Below, piece after piece: positions 24,843-36,520 of a DNA stretch of 64,000 nucleotides (its first letter is position 1; each line of letters begins with the position of its first letter). The notes beneath the pieces were generated by a model. The model had not been told where the DNA came from. It saw only the letters and a program-made list of their open reading frames with translations, and searched no databases. This stretch comes from Octopus sinensis (Eukaryota), in contig NC_043009.1 in NCBI RefSeq assembly GCF_006345805.1, positions 69,254,001-69,318,000 on the forward strand. The letters run 5' to 3'. The translations under genes and the position numbers were made by a program.

Positions 24843-25240
24843 GGCGCAGGAGTGGCTGTGTGGTAAGTAGCTTGCTAACCAACCACATGGTTCCGGGTTC
24901 AGTCCCACTGTGTGGCATCTTGGGCAAGTGTCTTCTGCTATAGCCCCAGGCCGACCAATGCCTTGTGAGTGGATTTGGTAGACGGAAACTGAAAGAAGCC
25001 TGTCGTATATATGTATGTATATATATGTGTGTCTGTGTTTGTCCCCCTAGCATTGCTTGACAACCAATGCTGGTGTGTTTACGTCCCCGTCACTTAGCGG
25101 TTCGGCAAAAGAGACTGATAGAATAAGTACTGGGCTTACAAAGAATAAGTCCCGGGGTCGATTTGCTCGACTAAAGGCGGTGCTCCAGCATGGCCGCAGT
25201 CAAATGACTGAAACAAGTAAAAGAGTAAAAGAGTAAAGAG
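24843..25240 (+). mobile_element. Full-length tRNA-derived SINE with internal microsatellite
   Basis: A box TGGCTGTGTGG, B box GGTTCAGTCCC, central TA/TG tract, (AAAGAGT)n tail. Confidence 0.9.
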
Positions 25241-25889
25241 AGTAGTTAAAAGGGATGTATTCGTTTTCGCTGCCAGCATCAATTCAGCACGAACTGATTT
25301 CATATTTAGTGTAATGATACCCTTTTAATGGCTAATGAATGACGTGGAAATAATTTTCACTATAAATCAATAGATACAGAGTTAAAAGCAATTTAGAACA
25401 AGACATGAAAAGTTTCTTAAAAATTTTAAAAAAGAAATCTCAAAAATCGCTTAAAGAAGAATTTTTTAAAGTTTAATAAATTTCGAAAAACCCACGAAGA
25501 AAATATTTCCAGATCAATTTACAAAATCTCAAAAGATACTCAGCTTCAGAGTTGAAATTCTTAACTCTAAAACTTGAATTTTTGAGATTCTGTGAATTGT
25601 TCTGGAAATATTGGATCTTTTATGTTTGGCTGCCAATTTTCAATTTCTATTTGAATTAATTTCATATGCAGTGTAATGATATACTTTTATATGCCAACCA
25701 ATGCCATGAAAATCATTTTCGCCATAAACCAATCAATAAATAGTTATTGGCTATTATATTTTTTTAGGTAATTTTAGTCAATCATAAGCTACAGACACAT
25801 TCATGCCTGTTTCTATAGTAACAAACCAAACATGACAACTCTTTTGTCTGCGAGAAAGCATGTGGTGATTAATGTGTTCCAGTCATTGA

Positions 25890-26420
25890 GATGGTCATCA
25901 TATGTGCTAAAAATAGCAGCCAAATAGGCCTTAAATCACGCACCAGGGGAGGATGCGGGTTCGTACTTGCAAGAAAAGAGGGTTATACTCAAAAGAAAAT
26001 TATGCAAAATGAAGAAGCATTTTGTGAGTACAAGAAAACGTGGTGGGAATTTGTGTTGGCGATGCTTACACAAAGGATGCTTGAATTTGTGTCAGTGAGG
26101 AAAAACAGGTGGTTTTAAGGTGTCAGCCTTCCTTTTAGGAATGTAGTGCTTCTCTCCCTTTACTCATGAATTAAGAAATTGACTTCAGTGTGGTTTTGTT
26201 TTGAAGAACTAGGGATGAGCCATTGCACAGCTGTTGATTACAGCAGCTATGTTATGGAAGTGTGTGTGTGGAGAACCTGCTCCATCATCCAGTTAAGGTT
26301 GCTGGTCCTGGGAAGATCGTTGAGATCAACAAAAGAGTCTTCTCCAGACGTAAGTACAACCGAGGAAGGGTCCTACCTGAGCAGTGTGTTGTGAGACCAG
26401 ACAAGCTTATCTGTATGCAG
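25890..26420 (+). mobile_element. Merlin/IS1016-like transposase relic
   Basis: EELGMSHCTAVDYSSYVMEVC and VAGPGKIVEINKRVFSRRKYNRGR. Confidence 0.82.
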
Positions 26421-27134
26421 TGCCATGTCGGAATTGTGACACACTGGAAGAATACACCTGCTTGGCATTGATACTGCTGCTTTTTCCCAACCAGGTGGGC
26501 CAATGGCACAACACAGTCAATGCTGATGACTGTTTTTAGTTAAAACTACAACCTTAAATCTGCTCAGAGTTACCTCACTTTGGTATTTCCTACCGAGAAC
26601 AGCTAAAAACCTAGAAACATTGAGCCTGGGAATCCAGTAAATGACAGAGCTGGGCAGATATGGTGTTTTTACACCTTTTTACTATAAGAGAGAATTTTTC
26701 TTTGTGGCAAATACAATCAACTTGCCTTTGGAAGGTGAAATATGGCACAGACATCTTTTAACCTACATTATGCTTGTGACTGTATAGGTTTCTCAACTCT
26801 TTATTATTAACTTCTAAGGGGAAAAAAATGAATGCAATTTTTGTCATCAACTTACAAAGCTACACCAGAACTCAATTTTTTAAACAAGCTTGTCAAGAAA
26901 ATCACTATAAGAGATGAAAGTAGAACTCATACTGATAAGAAGGGTTTAACACCACCTAAACCTGGTTTCAGTAGTGTTAAACACTACTTGTCAGGGCAAA
27001 TACTGCTTTCATCTCTTCTTGAAATTTTCTTGACTAGCTAGTTTGCTTGTCGCAAGATCAGTGACTGTGTGTCACTTATTTTTCTTTACATTGTGAGTTG
27101 GAGTGAACTACTGCTATGTCTAGCGGATGAGTAT

Positions 27135-27183
27135 CCATCACTGAGGATGACCATATGAAAGTCGAAACCATATGGCCTGATGG
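27135..27183 (+). ncRNA. Degenerate minimal type I hammerhead-like motif
   Basis: CCATCA-CTGAGGA-T-GAC..GTC-GAAA-C-CATATG-G-CC-TGATGG; 6-bp helix I, palindromic helix III, triplet GCC instead of GUC. Confidence 0.55.
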
Positions 27184-28006
27184 TCTTGAAGCTAAAATAG
27201 TAGGGAGTTCTTTCTCTACTTGCAATATACATGGAGTGCAAAGTGCACTGCATAACAACTGATAATTTGAACTCTATTCCAGAAAATCATCTCCATTCTT
27301 TTTGAGCAGATAAAAAAAATTTAGACGGAGCAAAATGAGTCAGCCACGATAAAGTAAATTTGCCTCTTCAGTTCTGGAGAACTTTGAAAACAAGCTCATG
27401 CGCATCAATATCCATCCTTGGACATCAGAAGGATTAGAAATGCAACAAAAATTTAAAATATCTAGGTCAAATGAAAGAGGATCATGGAAAAATGGCACAT
27501 GCCGTAAAATTACAGAAACTTGACTAAATCTAAAAACTTGACATAAAATATTCTCTTTATCTTCTTCACAATCTACTGGAGTGGTTCTCTTCATGACATA
27601 TTTACAAATCATGCATTTAAGAAGAAATTATTGAAATTAGTCGTTTCTCATTATGTCTAAGTTTAGACATCAATTTTTAAAAAGTAAAAATTATCAGATT
27701 AGACATTAGTGTGAAAAAATATTAACTTGGAATCCAACAGAGAAAGAAATATTGATTGTTAAACACCAAAAATTATCCAAATATTTCATTAGCAACCACA
27801 ATTAAAACTGAGTCAAAGTTGAGGAAAATTTCTTGAGAAAAAAAAGTGTCATCTGACTAAGTTTCAGACTCTCACACTTTCAACAACTATGCAAACTAAT
27901 TTTTACTCCCAAACATGATTCAATACTTACAATGTATTGATTTCAAACAGGTCCCTATAGAAGTGAGAAATCAGCAATTACACATTCTACCCCACCATCC
28001 TATACC

Positions 28007-28190
28007 TATTTCTTTACTACCCACAAGGGGCTAAACACAAAGGGGACAAACAAGGACAGACAAATGGATTAAGTCGATTACATCGACCGCAGTGCATAAC
28101 TGGTACTTACTTAATTGACTCTCAAAGGATGAAAGGCAAAGTCGACCTCGGCGGAATTTGAACTCAGAACATAGTGGCAGACGAAATACG
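28007..28190 (-). mobile_element. 3' part of a tRNA-derived SINE split by the Tx1 insertion
   Basis: B box GTTCAAATTCC, Meta-like core and tail; outer TSD CCACCATCCTATACC at 27992-28006 and 33596-33610. Confidence 0.9.
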
Positions 28191-28437
28191 AATTTCTTTA
28201 TTGCCCACCGGGGGCCAAACATAGATATGGACAGTACAACTGATGGGATCAGTGAATCGATATGATTTTACATAAATGTGACATCAAAAATAAAATACAA
28301 TACATAAAAATCGAATGGAATACACAGTACAAAAACAATACAAATGAAGCGATGATCAAGTTACGCTCCGATCCCACAAGCCCCGATCTACCGCTGATAC
28401 CTTTTTATTTTTCCTTTTTTTTTTTTTCCTCGTCTAT

Positions 28438-31400
28438 TCACACGGTTCCTTGCACGCACAACACTCGTGCAACATACTTCCATCTCTTTTGGAACGTACA
28501 CTCTGACAGACACCTCTTCTCCAGCCACAGTTTCCTTTTCAAATGAAAAGAAAAAAAGGATCGTAAATTGTCACCAGAGATAAAGTTGCCTGTCTTAATT
28601 CCTTTTATCCTAGTATTCCATACAGCCTCTTTTGCTATTGCTACAACCGTGAGAAAACAATTCTTACCTTCGTTCGTTAGAACTCCCGGTGGGTCAATTT
28701 TTATAATTGACTCAGTCGACAGCCGTACTCTTCCTTCGCCGGACAACAGATGTTCAGCATAAGCCCACATTTCAGTTATCTCCGGACACTGAACAATAGC
28801 GTGAGGACGGTTTCCCTGTCCCCACCGCATCTTGGACAGGTCGGCGACTGACGTTTACCATGTCTTGCGAGCTTATCCCAAACGGGCAAGGCACCTCTGT
28901 AGCATTGCCAGGTTAAGGACTTTTGGAAGTTGTCCAACGTTCTCAACCCGAATGTACGATGAAACAAGCTGTCCAGTTGAATAAATCCGAGACCTAGAGT
29001 CGACCCCAGGCCATCGTCGCATTCAGACTCTACCAACCCACTATATAAAATCCGTGTGGAACCCCCACCGCTGGCGTTGCCCGAGCGCCGGAACAGCAAG
29101 AAGGCCTCACGGCACTCTTTATGCCACTCACTCGACCTCGGTCTACGAGAACACCAGGCTTCCTGTTCGCAAAAACTCTTGAACTCAGGGAACATTTGTC
29201 TGGCCAGCGGAGACCACACCCGTTCACTATCCAGGAGAATCCAGAGGTGCCTCAACCTCAACGCATGTCTGCGCATCATTAACCAAGGCATCCCTAAACC
29301 TCCATTTAAAGGCTTTTGACAGCAGACAGAGCGTTTCACAAGTGGCGACCTGCCCTTCCACAAAAAGCGAAAGAGCTGTCTCTCCAACCTGATCAACCAC
29401 GAATCCGGACAGGGCACGACAGTCAGGCGGTAGGTAATGACCGATGCGATAAACACATTGGCCACTTCCGCCCTCCCTTTCAGGGATAGCCACCGCCAAG
29501 ACCAAGTCTTGACTACTGCAGCCACCCTGCTCAATACCTCCGTCCAGTTCTTCTCTATCTGGAGGCCTGGTCCAAACCAGACTCCCAGCAACTTAACCGG
29601 TCCCTCCGTCCAGCGCCTAACAACACTGTCTGAAGGCATCGACTTGCCAACCCAGGTGCCGAGCTGCAAGCCGACCGACTTTTCCCGGTTAATCTTTGCT
29701 CCTGCTACCTCCTCGTAAGCCTCAATAGTCTTACCTACTTCACGTAGGCGTACCACTGTGGTTACACTGATAGTGATATCATCCGCGAAAGCCGTAACAA
29801 ACTCCTCTAGTCCTGGTTCTCTCGGGATGCCACTCAACCTTTGCAGTAATGGCTCGAGAGCCATCACATACAAAAGTGGTGAAAGCGGACATCCTTGACG
29901 AACCGAGCGTCTGATGCAGAACGGCTTCGAAAGGAAACCGTTCACCCGAACTATCGAGTCAATGTTGTGGTACAAAGCGATAAACCACCTGAGGAAGCCA
30001 AGGCCCAGGCCAAACCGCGCAAGTACAGTCGCTAGGTATCGATGGTCAACCCTATCAAAAGCTTTAGACTGGTCCAAATGCACCAATGCCCCACCTTTGC
30101 CAGATTTATTACCAAACCTCTCTATGGTATAGCGAATAAGATGGAGGGTATCCTGAATGGTTCTGCCTGGGATGGCACATGTCTGTGCCTCCCCGACTAT
30201 ACCATTCGCGACACGCGCCAACCTTTTTGCTAGAACCTTGGCCAAAATCTTCACTTCTGCGTTTAACAGAGTGATGGGCCTGAAATTCTCTAGAACGTCC
30301 CCCTTGTCCGGGTCCTTTCTGACCAACGTCACTACTCCCCGGCGCACAGATCTGGGGATAAACCCATTCTGTTTCCAGTTCGCGTACACGTCAGTCAGTA
30401 GTTGCCCGAACAAGTCTGGCATACATTTATACAGCTCGTACGGAAGACCATCAAGTCCCGGTGACTTACCCGCTTTACAATCGGCCAAAGCCTCCATCAC
30501 CTCCTCAAGTGTGATTGGCCCTTCGCAAGACTCCGCATCCGACCTCGAGAGGCACGGCAGCCCGGTAAGAAAGTCCTCGAGGGCTCTCCCACCACCAGGA
30601 CCGCCGTCACCCCCGAACAGCTGGGCGAAGTACTGCCGAAAGACCTCACACATTTTCTCGGGTTCGTTTATCAAGACACCATTTTGATTCGTCAAAGACC
30701 GAATAGAAGAACTATTTCCTTGCCGAGCTTCCACCACTCGGGCCCATCCAGCGGCTTTGATTCCTTCACTTCCCATTGCACGTAACTTAGCTCTGGTAAT
30801 ACTTCCCATGTGGTGGGCTTCAAGATGCTGTTTTAACTCCAGTCTTTTCACCCTCGCTTGGTCTGTATTACCAGTCCTCCAGGCTTCTTCTAGTTCCTTA
30901 ACTAGACCATCTCCTATTTTACGTCCCTTCTTAGCTAAACTTATGCTAAACCTAATAGACTCATATTTGATGGCTCTTTTTAGGGCGTACCACCATTTGT
31001 TATTAATGATGGTACCTGTTAATGCCCTCTGTATTAACATCTTGATCCGCTTTCTGTACTCCTCAATCGCCAAAAGGGACGTATTGAGTTTCCAGTAGCC
31101 AGATCCCTGTCTATGCAACTTATCTACCGTCAGTTTACAGGTAACCATCTTGTGGTCACTGTAGCTGACTAGAAAAAACTGTGGACACTCAACTATGGAC
31201 TTATCTTTTTCTCTAATTAAAATCCTATCTAGATATGTTCTGGTAGACCCGTCACTATTTGACCACGTCCACTGTGGAGTGTTCGGGTGCTCCAACCTAT
31301 ATGGATCTGCTAGCTGAAATTGACTTAGCAGATCCCGAAAGCCTGTGTTACATTTTCTGTTCATGTTCGAGTTTGAGCCAACACAATCTGTGTGTGCTGC

Positions 31401-31837
31401 ACATATTGTATTAGAGTCTCCTAACACTACTAGTGAATGCGACGTGGCTAGGAACTTTCCTAGGCCATGAAAATATTCAGTTTGCGGGCCAATAATGTTT
31501 GGTGCATAAATAGCGACCAGCCTGATTGTCTTGCCACAACTGAATGTCAAGTCGAGAACGACCAGCCTGCCTTCTGGGTCAGAAAAAACCAACTTTTTCT
31601 CGGCTACCCGGTTTCTTTTTAGTAGGACCAACACCCCACCCCCACCTCCCGCCCGACTTGGAGAAACGTATTTCTCGTAGCCGTTCAGGAGGGGGAGCAG
31701 ATCTCTTGGCCCCTTCACCGGGTTTCCGTTGCAACAATTACATCCAAATTTCTCGACCTGATGTCATTCAGAAAGCGTCCTTGCTTCCAGCTTGACAACA
31801 GGCCATGAACATTTAAAAAACCAATGTGAATAGCCAT
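28438..31837 (-). CDS. Tx1 ORF2: APE endonuclease, RT and C-terminal Cys/His region (~1133 aa after repairing 2 frameshifts)
   Basis: MAIHIGFLNVHG, ATET, IYAPN, YLDR, SDH; KSPGLDG, FRPITLLN, KAFDRV, RQGCPLSP, FADD; CPRC..ET..HAIVQC; one-base losses near 31720 and 28810. Confidence 0.9.
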
Positions 31838-31848
31838 CACTTACCTGT

Positions 31849-33305
31849 TTAATTAGGATTGTCTGGTGGAGGGGGACCCTCCACCTTTTTTTTATCCAGG
31901 GTCGGAGGTGGACGGTCTTGGGAAATAGATTTGTCAAAATCCCGTCTCACCACCGACACAGAATTATCAGGTGGAGGGGGAATCTCCACCTTTTCCTTTT
32001 CTCGCGGGATCGGAGCTGGTAATCCATGAAATATCGACTTGTTAAAATCTAATCTCAATGAAGATACAGTCTTTCTGTACTTATTTTGTAGAATTCTATA
32101 AGTCTTATTTGAGACTTCATATATGTCGTAATTGATAAATTCCTCTGAAAGGTTATCAATTTTTTTTACAGTCTTTATGAGTTGAATGTCTCTCATGAGC
32201 TCAGTATCTTTAGTGTATACGGCTATTATGCCTTTTTCTTCTTTTTCTCTTCTGGCAGTCTTTTTGGTCGTTGTTCTGTAGTAGTCGCCGCTCTCGGCTG
32301 GGTTGCTGGTTGTATTTTTCTTTTGTTTGTTGTTTTTTTCTCATCTGTTTCTTCTTTATCTTCTTCCTCTTGTCTTTTTTCTCCTCTTCCTCCTCTTCTT
32401 CATTTTCCTTGCAGTTCCTTCGAATGTGGCCTAATTGACCACATAAAAAACATCGAGGTTTTCGGCCCTCAACAAACACCACGAGGTTCTCCTCCCCTAC
32501 TCAATTGTCTCAGGAATTGTTTGAATTATTTTAGGGTCCGCTTGAATGAGAAGATTAATTGTTTTACCATCCCAGCGTGGGTTTTCCATAGCGGTAGCCT
32601 GGAGGAGAGTAATTTTTTCTACCTCTTTGATTAGGACTGCCGCCAACAACCACATAGGTTCGACCTCTGGCGGGACCCTTGTAATTTTTATTCGCGACGT
32701 CCTCATCCCCATATAATAGGTATTAACTCCACGTCGTTCGTTTTCAACGTTTCCACTGAGTTCTTGTGTGCTATTTCTTTATTGGTGAACCTTACTTCCA
32801 CCGTTCCGAATGTTTTTCCTCTTCTCAGAAATACTACGTCGCCCAATATTGGCTTTAAGCACTTTTCTATTTTCTCTTCTGACATTCTTTCAATTTTTCT
32901 ATTTTGTAGACAATATGTTTTGAAAATTATTGTTTTTTGCTTTTCTTCCTGTAATAACTTTTGCGGAGGTTCAATTTTCACACTGTTGTCATTTATTTCC
33001 ATCATTTTGCTGTATTTCATAATTTCGCTTTTATTCGTCGACAGTATCTGAGTTCCACCCCCAGCAGCCAACGCAAAACTTTTTTTTCCATTTTTTGGTT
33101 CTATCTGGATGCTAGGCACATCAATTATTCTCTTCGACACAATGCCTTTGTTCTCTGGCAAAGTCGGAAACTCTTCTGGTGAAAGTTCTGACGAGCTCTC
33201 AGACACATCTCCAAAAATATCAAATATATTATCCTCTCTGCTATTCCTTCTTGTAGCGGGGGAAACCCCTATTTCCTTGTCTGTAGTTGGCTCCTCGCCG
33301 GACAT
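31849..33305 (-). CDS. Tx1 ORF1 with CCHC knuckle (~486 aa after repairing 4 frameshifts)
   Basis: Consecutive track ORFs shift frame by one base each; RRM-like GKTFGTVEVRF, CFLCGQLGHIRRNC, K/E-rich linker, Pro-rich C-terminus. Confidence 0.85.
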
Positions 33306-33538
33306 GTATTTCCTCCTCTCAACAGGAGAAACAAGTATTCTGCTCCAACGGTAGGCTCCATGCTAGACGACATTCTTCCCCCCAAAGGGGGAATGAACAA
33401 CGCGTGCTACCACAAGCACTAAGTGTTTTCAATTGAAAACTCCAACAGTTAAGTTATTCAACAGTTTAACAAGAAACAACAGTTGTTAACAATATTAACA
33501 CCACGAAACAGCAATTCTTACTTCACGAACACATGTGC

Positions 33539-33595
33539 GGCAGACGAAATACGGCTAAGCATTTTGCCCGGCGTGCTAACGTTTCTGCCAGCTCA
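33539..33595 (-). mobile_element. 5' head of the split SINE
   Basis: TGAGCTGGCAGAAACGTTAGCACGCCGGGCAAAATGCTTAGCCGTATTTCGTCTGCC (A-box region). Confidence 0.88.
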
Positions 33596-33644
33596 CCACC
33601 ATCCTATACCTTTAACAAAAACAGCTGGTGAAAATCAGTTTAAA

Positions 33645-34206
33645 AAATGTGCAGCTTTCATCATACATTGATCAAGTCAGTGAATTCTATGTTCAAGTCT
33701 TGGTTAGGTGTTCCAAATATAGAATAAGAGAAGAATATAAGAGAAAACCAACTTTATTTAGATTTCAAATTGTTATGAGAATATTCACAAAGATTGGTGC
33801 ATTAAGAACCCTGGAATTTGAGATTTACAGTTGAAATGATGAAATGCTTGAGATAATGTGGCCCAAACCATTCCAGCAGTGACATCATCATTATCATTTA
33901 ACGTCCATTTTCCATACTAGCATGGGTTGGACAATGGACATAGAAACATTGATGACAATAGTTCAAAGAGTATTCCATCAATTTTGTTTTTTTGGAAAGT
34001 TTAAGACCACAGTGACACTTGCAAATGAACTTTAAATTTCAGCATAAAGTCAAGAAGGAACCACACCCTAAATCAAATTCTAGATGTCACCAACAACAGA
34101 ATTAGTCCATTGATGGAATAATTCTAAAAGACTAAAACAAGAATCTACATAAGAATGCCCATAACAAACATAAAGATTATATGCAATCCAGATATATCTA
34201 TAATAT
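33645..34206 (-). other. Conserved ZNF 3' flank block (paralog 3 copy) with AATAAA
   Basis: Homologous to 14435-15040; TTTATT at 33753-33758. Confidence 0.8.
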
Positions 34207-36080
34207 GTATCATCATCGTTTAACGTCCATTTTTCATGCTGGCATGGGTTGGATGGTTTGACTGAGGACTAGCAAGCCAGGAGGCCGCACCAGGCCCCAA
34301 TCTGATCTGACAATGTTTCGACAGCTGGATGCCTTTCCTAAAGCCAACCACTCAGAGTGTAGGGAGTGCTTTTTATGTGCCACCGACTCAGGAGCCAGTC
34401 TGGTGGGCCTGGCATCGATCATGTTCGAATAGTGCTTTTTACGTGCCTCTGGAATGGGAGCCAGTCAGGGGGCACTGGCCGCAATTTTGGTTTTTCTTGA
34501 CTCAATAGGCCATCTTAAGCATATTATATCGCCCGACACATCAAGAGTATTCTTAAATGGGTCGGACATGCAACACTGGCATCGGCCATGACTACAAATT
34601 CACTTTAGTTGCCGGATCTTCTCAATCACAGCATATCTCCAAAGGTCTTGGTCTCTTATCATTGCCTCCGTAAGGCTCAATGTTCAAAGGTCATGCTTCA
34701 CCACCTCATTCCATGTTTTCCTGGGTCTATCTCTTCCACAGTTAGGGTGGCACTTCTTCACACAGCTGTCCTCATCCATATGTAACACATGGCCATACCA
34801 GTGAAGTCATCTCTCTTGCACATTACATTTGATGCTTCTTATGTCCAACTTTTCTTTCAAGGCATACTCTATCGAGTATGCACACTGACATTACACAACC
34901 AGCAGATCATAGTAGCTTCATTTCTTTCAAGCCTACACATGTCCTCAGCAGTCATGGCCCATGTGTCACTGCTGTGTAGCATGGCAGTTTGCACACATAC
35001 ATCATATAGTCTACCTTTCGTCCTGAGTGAGCAAGAAGCCTTTAGTTGCCAGCAGAATTAGAAGCTACCTGAACTTTACCCAGGCTATTCTTATTCTAAC
35101 CGCTGCTCTCTCAGAGCAACCGCCCCCACTACAGACCTGGTCGCCTATGTAGCAGAAGCTATCAACTACTTTTAGTTTTTCACCTTGGCATGTGATGGAA
35201 TCTATTTTCTGTGCATCTTCAGTATTTATTGTCCCTGTGCATCTGCCACACACAAAAATTATCTTCCTGGTTAACCCTCCTTTGATATTGCTGCACGTTT
35301 TATGTGTCCATATCTTATACCGGGTGCATCGTATGGAGTTTCCACCCAAGCCTTTTCTACAGATCAAGCAGGGCCATCTACCTGAAGTGGTATGTGATTT
35401 GTCAGCTATCCTACTTACTAAGACTTTGGTTTTTGCTACAATAACCCTAAGGCCCTTCAATTTTTTACCTTGCTTCCACACCCTAAACTTCATCTCTAGT
35501 TCTGGCAATGACTTGGCTATTAGAGCAAGGTCATCAGCATAGAGGAGCTCCCAGGGGCAGCCTGTCTTGAATTCCTCTGTAACTACATGGAAAGCTATGA
35601 TAAATAAAAGGGGGCTGAGGACTGAACCTTGGTGAACCCCTAACTAAGCCCAATTCTTCTCTATACTTGTTGCCAACTCTCACCTTATTGACAGCATCTC
35701 TGTAAATGGCTTGTACAGCTCTCACTAACCACTCATCTATCCCTAGTTTCCGCATTGACCACCAAATAAGGGACCAAGGGACCCTGTCAAAGGCTTTCTC
35801 TAAGTCAACAAGAACCAAGTACAGAGGTTTATCTTTGCCTTACCAGAAATATAGCATCAGTGGTACCTCTATCTGGCACAAAACCAAACTGCATCCCATC
35901 AAGGCTACCTCTCTCCCTAATTAGTTGGGCTATGACCCTCTCTGTAACTTTCATCACCTGATCCAATAATTCGAAAGCCCTGTAGTTATTTCTATCTAAA
36001 GCACCACCTTTACCTTTGTAGCAGTTGACAATGGTGCTGGTACACCAGTCACTGGGTAGGACTCCTTCATGAATTACCTG
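34207..36080 (-). mobile_element. 5'-truncated RTE-type LINE with its 3'UTR and (GAT)n tail
   Basis: DLEKAFDRVP, zinc-binding CLIC..C..W.H..C..CGRC region, VVDSFCYIGD; TSD ATC(C)TATAATAT at ~34196-34206 and 36081-36092. Confidence 0.88.
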
Positions 36081-36092
36081 ATCCTATAATAT

Positions 36093-36520
36093 TGGGTTGC
36101 CAAGTTCGTTTGTTTAGCTCTTTCCAATGCCATCAAATACATCTCATTATCCTGAGTGGATGCAACAACTGTGGCTTCTTACTTCAACGTGTTGTTTGAT
36201 TCAGTCCTTTTTTTCCCTCTGCATCATATCGATGTAAACACACCCCTTTTCATTGCTGGTGACAATGCAGTAAAGAAATTCCAGTCTGTGTTCATGAGCA
36301 ACCTGGCAGTGAGAAAGGAGCACTGGAGTTTACCTCTTTTGTTCACAGTATGCATGGCATTCATGCACCAAGCCACCTTACCCATCAAGAGGCGACAGAC
36401 AACAGTATCAGGAGACCATCCCATCAGCTTGGTCAATCCCCTGAGTGGATTGGCACGGATCCTCAAGGATGAGCTCATTCAATCAATTCTCATTTGAATT
36501 AAATATGTCGGCCAGAACAC
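36093..36520 (-). mobile_element. Mariner relic (paralog of the 15545 copy, with right TIR)
   Basis: TA-TTGGGTTGCC TIR near 36091; near-identical to 15743-16060. Confidence 0.8.

Larger units (their letters stand above)
28191..33538 (-). mobile_element. Full-length L1-clade (Tx1-like) non-LTR retrotransposon, ~5.35 kb
   Basis: 15-bp TSD GGCAGACGAAATACG (28176-28190, 33539-33553); 5'UTR, ORF1, ORF2 and 3'UTR all present. Confidence 0.93.
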
